DNA of 64,000 nucleotides from Cheilinus undulatus. Its lineage: Eukaryota. The position numbers and the translations under genes are program-made. Positions 54,090 through 64,000 of this stretch are shown here, piece by piece. The notes beneath the pieces were generated by a model. The model searched no databases. It was not told where the DNA came from and saw only the letters and a list, made by a program, of their open reading frames with translations. The stretch covers positions 15,045,132 through 15,109,131 of the forward strand of contig NC_054885.1 of the NCBI RefSeq assembly GCF_018320785.1. The letters are read 5' to 3'. How positions within the stretch are numbered: the first letter of the stretch is position 1; every line of letters begins with the position of its first letter.

Positions 54090-54640
54090 AAGCTTAGCTT
54101 CAGCTCATGCAGGAAATAAAAGCCAGCTGACTGAATTATTGTCTCCCAACACTCACAGCCAATCACAGCTTGTTCTCCCGACAAAAAGAAATTCAAATTT
54201 GGATTCATCTGACCACAGAACAGTTTTCTATTTTGCCTCAGCCTATTCAAATGAGCTTTGGCCCTGAGAAGATGGCAGAGTTTTCTGTATGGTGTTCCCA
54301 TATGGCTTTTTCTGTGCATGACACAGCTTTCTTACATTTGTGACTAGCACAGGCAACTGTGTTGACAATGACTTCTGAAAGTGATTCTGAGCCCATTCCA
54401 GTCCAGAATCATGCCTGTTTTTAAGGCAGTGCCACCTGAGGGCTTCATATTCAAAATGAGCTAAGACTTTTTTATGAAATGGTACAATGTCTCAGTTTCA
54501 ACATCTGATATGTATCTATGTTCTATTGTGAATAAAATATGGGTGTTTGAGATTTGAAAATTATTGCATTGTTTTTAATTACATTTTACACAGTGTCCCA
54601 ACTTTTTTGGATTTGAGGTTGTATCTGTATCAGGGGTTTC
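54090..54640. mobile_element. Fragment of the same Tc1-like family, in a map3k3 intron
   Basis: See the 1380-2030 entry. Includes a transposase fragment (track ORF 54083-54319) and the terminal block ending TTTTTTGGATTTGAGGTTGTA. Confidence 0.55.
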
Positions 54641-55498
54641 TGGCACTGTGCTCTCTGGAGAAAAAGGGCATTCTTTGAATTCCACAAACTCTGTCCTATT
54701 TGTTTCCACTGATGAAAACCAATTAATAAACACAGGAAAGAAAAACAGTGATTTTAGACAACATGAGGAATCTACAAGAGTGAAACCAAAGGAGGAAAGC
54801 AAATAAAACCAAAGAGCAAAGTTTCCCAAAAGAGGTTCCTGTGTTTACTTCAGAGAAAGAGGCAAAACAGAGAGATAGAGAGGGGAATAAAGATGAAAAA
54901 AGGAATCCAAATGTTAAGAATTCCTTTTTAATTTCTTTTTTTTTTTTTTTTGCGGGGGGGGGGGGGGCGGGTATAGGACACTTTCTGTTTTATTCAGCTT
55001 CTAGAGATCTGCTGGTAAGGAACCGTCACTGGCAAGGTTATAAGAGTTTTTGATTTTTCATTATTTTAATTCTTATTTAGTTTACCTTTTGTTTTAGATT
55101 TCATTTTAGTTTTTCTTACTGGTTTCTCAGTTTAGTTTAGCTTTAATTTTGAAAAAATGCTTCATTTTAATGTCAGGGGCCAGACCCAAAAGGGCTCTTC
55201 ACTTTTCATTTTATTTATTCAGTTTTGATGTTTGTATACAAATCAAGACCTAAAATTAACCGCTGTGTGAAGTCTTCTTCACACACTTCTTCACTCTCTC
55301 CAGGCCTGGGTATTTGTGTCAGACAGTCTGCTGATGTCAATGACAAAAACTAAGGAGATTTTGTCTCTAATTTTATTTTATTTTAGCTAGTTTTGTCAAC
55401 ACAGTATTAAGTTTTAATTTTTCTCGTAAAGCTCAGTTTTTATTTAGTTTCAGTTAACTAAAATGATTTTTACCTTTAAGTTTTAGTTATTTAATTAT

Positions 55499-55502
<4 letters not shown>

Positions 55503-55560
<58 letters not shown>
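55503..55560. repeat. (TA)n microsatellite, ~29 units
   Basis: A perfect AT dinucleotide run. Confidence 0.95.
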
Positions 55561-55563
<3 letters not shown>

Positions 55564-56653
55564 GTCATTATACTATAATAACCATGGTCACTGGACACTG
55601 GCTGTATCCTGCCACTACATAATCCATCAATATAGAATTATATAATAGTCAAGTATAAAGATGCATGCACTTTGTATTATGATTAGATGTATTAGATTCT
55701 TGCTCTTTGCTTCTGGACAGCCGTTTGACTGTTACACGTCCCGAACCCTTCCTTAAATAAAGAATAGCAAAAGACTTCACCATGGAGGCAGCTGAGTTAT
55801 AAAGACTTTTAATAGTTAATTCTTAGCTAACTGTCCACATACCAGGATGATGACCACATAGTTAAAGATTAAAAAATGAGCTCATTGTTGGTGTTTAAAG
55901 ATCCAAACGGAAGTGCTGACTCATGAACCGTTATTAATAAACAAATAAAGGTTTGATATTTTACAACAGACTGTAATGATTCCATTCTTTAGTTATAAAG
56001 CGAAATGTGAACGAGAAGAGGAAGTTATGCCAGCTACTGACAAATCAGCTTGTTTTAAATGGCCATCCAGATGTACTGAAAATGAAAGAACTAAAACCAA
56101 GTATGAAAAAAGGGATCTAATGAATTTATAATGATTAATTGATCATTTGCATGTATGAATAATAAAAGGAGTGGAGCACACTCACTGCATCAATTGCATT
56201 TGGTTGGTTAATTCTAAGTTCATGGAAACATTTCTCCATGATCTCTTACTTTCTTTAAGTCCTCTCAGTTTTCAGTTGAGCCCGCTTCCAGCATGTTTCA
56301 GCTTGATGCCAATTATAACAATTAGAATGCAAAGGCCATCTGGTCAATTTCAAAATAAAATACCATGCAAAAACTGTTCATCATTTACTGTATCAAGATT
56401 ACATTAAAACATGAGTCAAATAAACAAACAGATCACCCTCCAACAGGTAAGAAAACAAGATGTTTGTATTTGATCCTCTTAATTCCTGCATGAACATGTG
56501 ATTAACCCATCGAATGTTATGGTTTTCCACCACAGTTTACAGCAATTTAAAGCGTGCACTGTAACCATATTAACAACCAATTTAAATTAACAGCCCTAAC
56601 AAATTAGCAGCAAGCGGTCTGCTCCTTTGCAGACATGAGGCTAAGTTTCTAAC

Positions 56654-56802
56654 CTTGCTGGTGTCTGGACTCTCAGGATCAAACTGGACTTGTTTGGCAG
56701 CCAGCTCCCTCCCAGTATCCACATCATAACACAAATACACCCGACCGAACGCTCCCTGGCCAAGGAGCTTCCCCCGCCGCCACGTCATCGGGGCGCTGGG
56801 TG
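56654..56802 (-). CDS. map3k3: map3k3 exon ([49 protein letters not shown]), glycine loop and VAIK equivalent
   Basis: Acceptor CTTCAG and donor [27 protein letters not shown] is diagnostic for MEKK2/3. Confidence 0.85.
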
Positions 56803-57278
56803 CTGAAGAAAAAACACACACTTAGCTGTTAATTTAAGGGTTTTTGTTCCATATAATAAAAAAGAGAGCATATCTTTGTTTCTTTACTTCAGCTATTTTG
56901 CTCACAGCCAGCTGGGTTTCCCCAGCCTGCAGGCTTTGTGGTATTCTGGGCTTTACAGAGCTTTCTCTGTTTTCAAAGCACAAAGTTAAATTTGTTACAT
57001 TTTTACCAATCAGATTCAGACTAAGAAGGCAAACTTGTTTTTAAAAAGTCAGAGGGCTCTTTTAACATCACCCAACTGGTCAGTTTTGCAAAATTACACG
57101 TCTAAATTAATTTGTTCACCTAACAGTTTACATAAAAATCAAACTGAATTTTTGTATAATTACATAACGCTCTACAGCTAATCCTGAAGTGCAATCTAAC
57201 TATTTTTTAAATTATTTTCATACTTAGAATTAAAGTAAATTATGCTGTGGGCATTTTGATCAAGACTGCAACACTTAC

Positions 57279-57440
57279 ACTTGTGTGCAACAGATCGTTC
57301 CTGAGGCCGGAGCCTTCCCTGCGCATCCACAAGCTGCCAGCTGCCAAGACTCTCCTCGCTACCATTGAGTGACCGCCGAGAGGGAACCAGAGTGAACAGG
57401 TTCCCCTGCGGGCGACGGATCCTTGGGAACGTTCGACGGC
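57279..57440 (-). CDS. map3k3: map3k3 exon ([53 protein letters not shown])
   Basis: Acceptor TTTAG and donor GTAAGT. Matches human MEKK3 [26 protein letters not shown]... Confidence 0.8.
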
Positions 57441-57548
57441 CTAAATGGAAAGGTAGAAAGCTGAGGGCAAGACTGCACGGAAAGGGCTGCGTCTTTTAAG
57501 AAAACAGAGACAGGATTGATAAACGAGGCAAGACAGAGATTGGGGTAC

Positions 57549-57644
57549 CTTCACTGTGGTCCTTATGATGCAGGGAGACATGGTACCTACGGGGATAGGT
57601 GCCTCCTTTCCCTGCTACTCGGTCATACACATGATTCTCCCTGT
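57549..57644 (-). CDS. map3k3: map3k3 exon ([32 protein letters not shown])
   Basis: Acceptor CTCCAG and donor GTACCC. Matches human [32 protein letters not shown]. Confidence 0.8.
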
Positions 57645-57779
57645 CTGGAGAAAAAATATCCAAAATTCAAAGTCAAAAGAAGATTTCAAAAAGGTCTGCC
57701 TATGAAATCTCTCTATTACTTTGGTGCATTTCACAACATAGTTGAGAGTAGTTTGGTACAGGTTTGGTGCAGTAAACTT

Positions 57780-58200
57780 TTAACCTCATTTTTCTTTCTG
57801 ATTTTTTTCTTACATTTTTTTTGGGTGATATTTCATGATTCTTCCATTATTTTTCAATAATTTTTTCTTTGATTTTTCCCATCTTTTTTTCCCGTCCTTT
57901 CCATCATTTTTTGCATATTTTTTTGTTTTAATTTTCCATCAATTATTTTCATCATTTCTTAAAGTTATTTTTTCATCAATTTTTTCTCCTTTTTTTATTA
58001 TTTTTTAAATTTTTTTCATCATTTTTACCTTGATTTTTCTTTGTGATTTTTTTCCTTGATTTTTTGACAATTTTTTCATCTCCTTTATGCGTTTTTTTTT
58101 TTTTTTTTTTTTGGCATTTTTTTTCTTAATTTATTTCAGCATTTTTTTTTTCTTTTTTTTCAGATTTTTTTTTTTTTTCTTTTTTTTTACGATTTAGATT
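57780..58200. repeat. T-rich tandem repeat (TTTTTCATCAATTTTTTC-like units) in a map3k3 intron
   Basis: Reiterated ~18-20 bp T-rich units. Similar low-complexity T-rich tracts lie at 28630-29040, 31030-31200 and 63340-63640. Confidence 0.5.
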
Positions 58201-59651
58201 GCATTTCAACAGCCATCGTCTCTCCAGGCTCACTCATGATGATGGGAATTTAAGCTCTTTATAGAGACTAAGATCATTTGGCTGAGCTCAGAACCTTGCT
58301 GGATCGCTGACAATGATCTCAAGCAGTCGCATATGCACTTATTACAATATGTCAAGAACTGTAGGATAGATCTCTATGGAGTAATTTGTGATTGGAAGCT
58401 CAGCTTTTTAATCCAGGTGCAAAGAACGGTGTTTATTCAGAGCTCTGAAATGCACATTGCTAAATCCATGATAATTTGACTATTTATTATGTTTTTATGC
58501 CATGAAAAACATATCAGTCTTACTATCTGTCTTCTGTTTTGACACCAGAAGTAAAAGACAACAATTTCCTGTAAAGCCTTTCAGCCAATCACAATACTCC
58601 AGTCTGTTCTTCCATTGTTTTCTTGGCAGTCAGGGCCAGCCAAAGTTCAAAAAGAGACAAGACAGTTATCTGCAAGTTTGAAAGGTAAAAAAATTATCCT
58701 CTATGGCCCAAATGATTAACAGATAATGCTTGCGCTCCTAAAATGGAAATCATGTGCATTTTACGCACTGGAATACCAAATCTGCACAAAATGTGAATTG
58801 TTTGAAGATAAATGATAGCGATAGCTTCTGTTGTGTGTTTGTTATAAAGCTGTTACTTCTCCTGATAGGCAAGGCTTGTAGTTACTGAATGCAGATGTGA
58901 AAAAGTTTGTTCACTGTTGATCTGGGTGTGATTTGTATAAAGTTTTATGGGATTCAATCTCTGTTTTATTCATTTACTTGGTATTTTGAGCCATACAACT
59001 TTTGATACATTCATCTGAAATCCTTGCAGCGCACATATTCTGATAGTCCAGGCTGTCATGAAAAAATAGATGTCTTTAACTTGTTAGTGCTTAAATGGGT
59101 TGAGACTCTACAGGCATTTTGAATGAAAAATAGGAAAGCAAAAGGGCAACAGTACATGACTGTGTACACGTTTCTTTATAAAGATGAAAAAACTACATAT
59201 CCCAAAATCCATTGGGATTCATTTTATTCCTTGTTTAGGATAGCTTAAAAAGCTTTTAAACCAAAAACAGCATGTACATTTTTTAGATGTATCTTTATTG
59301 TAGTGTTTACATTTTAAATGATAATCTAATATGTCATAGTTTGAGTATTTATTGCTTCAAAATGCGGTGCTGATAACCAAATCGGCAATGGAGAAAATTA
59401 ATGGCAATTTTACTCCTAGAACCACACTCTTGAGCTCTCTAAGTACCACAAACAGCTGCAGTCAGCCTGAACTGTAACATTAAAACACTCAGGAGGGGAT
59501 GGTGGAGAGCTGAGGGACAAAGGAGGTATGCCCAAAGAGAATATTTTGTCTAAGAGACTGGTGCTAAAATGTTTTATCTATTGAACATCTCTGAAAATCA
59601 CACATTATACCTTTGAAGGTTCAAAGGAGCAAATCTTGAAGCTTCTCTCAC

Positions 59652-59719
59652 CTGAGCACTCCTGACGATTATCGGGGTAACTCTTGGCTCTGTGCATGCG
59701 AGACTTCCTCAGTGAGGGG
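59652..59719 (-). CDS. map3k3: map3k3 exon (SPSLRKSRMHRAKSYPDNRQECS)
   Basis: Acceptor CACAG and donor GTGAGA. Matches human [23 protein letters not shown]. Confidence 0.8.
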
Positions 59720-59901
59720 CTGTGAAAAAAAACAGGGAAAGGAAGAAGGGTGAGACATGTGGAAAGGCTTCCTTTGGTGTAAAAGGGCTTTAGATTACAT
59801 GTATTCCTAGGATGCAGACTTACATTTAGAGTAAGGAATGGATAATAGTGAAATATCTATGAGTAGTAAGTCCCTGGTTATAGAGAGCAGCTCAACCTCA
59901 C

Positions 59902-59975
59902 CTGTCCGAGTTGCTGTCCAGAGACTGACAGCTTCCAGAGACAGAGTTTTCTGCACTGCTCCAGGGATCCAGCAC
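59902..59975 (-). CDS. map3k3: map3k3 exon ([24 protein letters not shown])
   Basis: Acceptor GTACAG and donor GTGAGG. Matches human [24 protein letters not shown]. Restores reading-frame continuity between the flanking exons. Confidence 0.75.
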
Positions 59976-60265
59976 CTGTACACGACACAGTGGAAAATTA
60001 AGGGTTTGAATGAGCATTTTCTTTGTGTAAACAAGTTTCAGATTGGAAAAATCCTCAAAAAACAAAACTGAGGTTTTAATATTTTTAGAGAAAGAAGAAA
60101 TAGTTTGATATTTCTAAAACTGCTATGCTGGCAAAGTAGAACTGTAAATGGTTAACACTATGAAGTCATCTCCAACCTTAAACAGCACCCTTTAACTTTA
60201 AGTATCAGGTTGGATACCTTAACAGTGTCAATTTAATTCATATTATATTAATTTGTACTGATTCA

Positions 60266-60541
<276 letters not shown>

Positions 60542-60779
60542 TTAGATACATGAAAAGAAGAACATCAAAAATTATCTGGAGTTCATAGGCAGTAGGAAGA
60601 GGTCAATGTCTATGATTCAGATTACAGTTGATGGCAGGATACTATGTGAAAAACTGCTTGATGTATTTCCACAGCAGACATCACTTGTGGAGCACCCCGA
60701 GGCTCAATTCTTAGACCCCCACTATACTACTTATACACGCTCCCCCTGATAATGTTATCAGTCAACACAATTTCTTATC

Positions 60780-62040
60780 CCACCCATACAGTGCCTATAA
60801 AGTATTCACCTCCTTGGATGCTTTACTTTTTTTTATCAATATTATAAATCAATAATGGTCAGTATAATTTGGCTTTTTTGACAATAAAAGATGAGCAAAA
60901 AACCTCTTTAATGTCAAAAGTGAAAACAGATTTCTACAAAGTGATGTCAATTAACAAAAAATATGTAATGTAGAATAAGACACTGCATAAATATCCACAT
61001 ATTCACAGCCTTCATTTTTATTTACCTTCTGCTACAATCACAACACTGAGTCTGTGTAAAAAGGTCTCAATCAGGCTTTCACATCTGGACAATGAAATAT
61101 TACTCCATTCTTCTTTGCTAAACTGCTCAAGAGCTGTCAGATCACACAGGGATCAGGCGTGAGCAGCCCTTTACGAGTCCAGCCACATATTTTCTGGTGG
61201 ATTGAGGTCTGGGCTTTGACTCAGCCACTCCAGAACATTCACCTTGCTGTCTTCAAACCATTTCTGTGTAGCTTTCGCTGTATGCTTCAGGTCATTGTCT
61301 TGCTGGAAAATATATCTTCTCCTAAGCTGTAGTTCTCTTGCTGACTGAAAAAGATTGCCCTCCAGGATTTTTAAAAATAACAAGTCATATTCATTTTACC
61401 TTCTAACTTTACAAGCCATCCAAGGTTGGCTGCCAAGAAGCATCCCCACAGCATGATGCTGCCACCGCCGTGCTTCCAAGTGGGGATGGAGTGTTTATGG
61501 TGATGTGCAGTGTTTGGTGTCCACCAAACATAGCGCTTTTTTTTGTGTGATCTCATCAGACTTGTCCATGGAGCCTCCCTCATGCCATTTGGCAAACTCT
61601 AGAGGAGATTTAATCTGAGTTTTCTTAAAGTTGGTTCACCCATCTCAGCTGCTGAAGCTTGAAACTCCTTCAGAGTGGTCATAGGTGTCTTGGTGGCCTT
61701 TCTCACTAGTCTCCATGGCCACTCATGTTGTGATGATGGCCTGATCTAGACAGATTTACATATGTGCCATAATGCTTCCATTTCTTGAAGGTGGATTTAA
61801 TTGAACACTAGGGATGTTTAGTGCCTTGAGATTTTATTATCCATTCCCTGACTTATACTTTTCAATAACATTTTCTCTTAGTTGCTTGGAGTGTTCTTTT
61901 GTCATGTAATGGTAGCCAGGAAGACTTGACATTATTTTTTTTAGCAAAAAAGCCTTATTATATTGACCATGATTGATTTATAAAATCAATTAAAGGCTAA
62001 AACATCAAAAGGGGTGAATACTTTTTATAGGCACTGTATG
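60780..62040 (-). mobile_element. Degenerate Tc1-like element in a map3k3 intron, with terminal inverted repeats CAGTGCCTATAAAGTATTCACC... (60789-60860) and the inverted copy at 61995-62040
   Basis: Minus-strand transposase fragments in the track ORFs at 61171-61383 and 61371-61595 (HTAKATQKWF...WLSQSPDLNPPENMW; SIMLWGCF). The terminal inverted repeats are still recognisable. Confidence 0.8.
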
Positions 62041-62809
62041 CTGATTATACACATATATACTAACCTTTAAAAATGAGCATCTGAACTGCCTCAAATCCTT
62101 CAGAAACAGTTTAGAAGTCTCTGAAGTAAAGGTAGGGTCACACAGCCTAGTCTGTACTATTTTACCATAAAATAAGTTGAGTCATCTGTCATTTATTTGA
62201 TTATATCCTCAGAAAACAAAGTGAGGGACAGTCCTAATTTTCAATGGTGCCAAGGTGTACAACAAAGCAGATATGGAGAAATCAAAAACAAATGAGAGTA
62301 ATGATAAAGACAACAACTGAGTCAGCTCTCACTGCTTAAACTCTGACTGAAAACAGCAACCTCTTAGCAGAATTTAGCATAATATGAGCTGTTATAGTTT
62401 AGTTCTACAGCCCTCTAGCAGCCACTTCATACTCCTCCTCCAGGAAAAAAAACCAAAACAAACCAGGCCACTGGTCCACTGCTCTAATAGCATTCAATAA
62501 TCTGATTGGCTGCTTTCCAGCAGGCATGGTCTAGTGATGGTGAACAGGAAAAAGGAAGAGGACCCATTGCTAAAAGGGGAAGCCAAAGAAGGAAGAGTTA
62601 GAGAACGAGTGAGCGAGAAGGTGACAGACTAGGAAGTCCAGGTGGTTAGAAAAGACGTGACATAGCACAATGACATGGCAGCTTATTAGTGCACATTTTT
62701 GAATATACTGAGACTTCAGAGAAAAAACAGTCTCCTTCTCGTTATGCTACTTTAAATCAGATTTTGAACTATTTTGTTGCAGATGAAGTGAGAGACAGCC
62801 TCAACGTAC

Positions 62810-62930
62810 CAGTTGATAGGTGGCGCCCCCTGGGCTCAGGGGATTGATATACCGTGCTAACATCTCCTGTCGACTGGGAGGACTTAATTCTCACCTGCTT
62901 ACATGACACAGGGTGTGAGGGGGAGGAGGC
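62810..62930 (-). CDS. map3k3: map3k3 exon ([40 protein letters not shown])
   Basis: Acceptor CACAG and donor GTACGT. Matches human [38 protein letters not shown]. Confidence 0.8.
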
Positions 62931-63115
62931 CTGTGGTTGGGAAGAAAAGGGGAGAACAGGATCTTTAAACACTACCATTAACTGAACGAGCTCTTCATGT
63001 CAACACACCTCTAAGTGTGATGTAAACCTGATGAGGAAATGGATCTTTTCACAACAAGTCTCTGTGGGGAAATGATGTGGTGCAACTCTGTAGTTCACCC
63101 GTGTTTGTGTCTTAC

Positions 63116-63229
63116 ATTACTGTGTTCCTGTGTTAGCAGAAGGATCCTGATGCTCTTCATGTTGGAGCTGCGGTCGAGCAGGTCAATGGCCTTGTCAAGG
63201 TCATCCTGATCTCGCAGAGGGATCGACAG
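63116..63229 (-). CDS. map3k3: map3k3 exon ([38 protein letters not shown]), end of the PB1 domain
   Basis: Acceptor CTGTAG and donor GTAAGA. Matches human [39 protein letters not shown]. The 5' exons lie beyond position 64000. Confidence 0.8.
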
Positions 63230-64000
63230 CTACAGCAATACAAGAAAAAAAAAGCATTAACTAGCTTATGTAAAGCCACATGAGCACTGAGAAAATAAAA
63301 CATAAGTATATATACATTCACATACAAAAACCATTAAGACATCTGTGTCATTATTTGCCATTTATTTTTTCAGATTTTTATATTTTATCATCTTTAATTA
63401 CCTTTTTATCTTTTTTTCACTTGGAATCCTATCTTACTTTTATTATTCTTCCAATTGCTTTATGTCCCTAAAATCCTCCATTTCCCTTTATTTTTTACTT
63501 CCTTTGATTGCTTTTTATGTTTTCTTATGTTTGTTGCTTTTATTACCTCCACCAAGGAGGTTATGTGATCGGGTGAGTTTGTTCGTTTGTTTGGTCATTT
63601 GTTTGTTCATTTGTTTGTTAGTTTGTTAGCAACATGACTCAAAAAGTCATGGATGGATTTTCAGGAAATTTTCAGGAAATGTCAGAAATGGCATAAGGAA
63701 GAACTGATCCGGATCGCCATCTGGGTCCAGGAATTTTTTTAAGGGATTCTGTACTATTGGGAGATAGGGCAAATGGCGGAGGTCTGCGCTGTTACAACTT
63801 TACACCAGGAGATGGCAGACATGAGTAACTTATTCAAAGTTTTGGAGTTTATAGAGTTTGAAAGACGCCCAGTCAAGGAGATGAGTCTGGATGTAAAAGA
63901 GAGAAAGACGGTGAATTGTAGCGAGAATACTCAGTGCTGGGAGGAACAGAGGAATATACACCCTCTGCCATGGCTTCCACACGTAGCGAAGCTAAGGCTT

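Overview
This window is vertebrate nuclear DNA, almost certainly from a teleost fish; it is not prokaryotic. The evidence is the GT-AG exon/intron structure, poly-A signals, and many Tc1/mariner transposon copies, tRNA-derived SINEs and MITEs typical of fish genomes. No CRISPR arrays, rRNA or tRNA genes were found. I reconstructed five protein-coding genes by hand from the six-frame ORF track, splice-site motifs, and my memory of the human orthologue sequences.

- mprip: 5' exons 1-5 on the minus strand, 2105-7505. The gene continues beyond the window start.
- u2af2 (U2AF65): complete 11-exon CDS on the minus strand, 11025-24790, 466 aa, with RS domain, RRMs and a C-terminal UHM.
- dhrs7b: complete 6-coding-exon SDR gene on the plus strand, 32420-35777, 310 aa.
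- RAI1/TCF20-family gene: on the plus strand from 38763. One 635-codon exon is followed by two short extended-PHD exons; the terminal exon is uncertain.
- map3k3 (MEKK3): 3' twelve coding exons on the minus strand, 50935-63229. The 5' end lies beyond the window end.

The introns and intergenic DNA carry one near-intact 1.6 kb Tc1 element (25272-26894) about 480 bp upstream of the u2af2 start codon. There are at least eight degraded Tc1-like copies, SINEs, a MITE, an inverted-repeat element, minisatellite families and microsatellites.

The most notable observations are: a compact RAI1-family member next to dhrs7b and mprip, whose human orthologues lie in the 17p11.2 Smith-Magenis region; the apparently young Tc1 copy in the u2af2 promoter; a u2af2 C-terminus that lacks the conserved terminal Trp; and a possible conserved non-coding element in mprip intron 1.

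All coordinates are hand-derived and may be off by a few bases.
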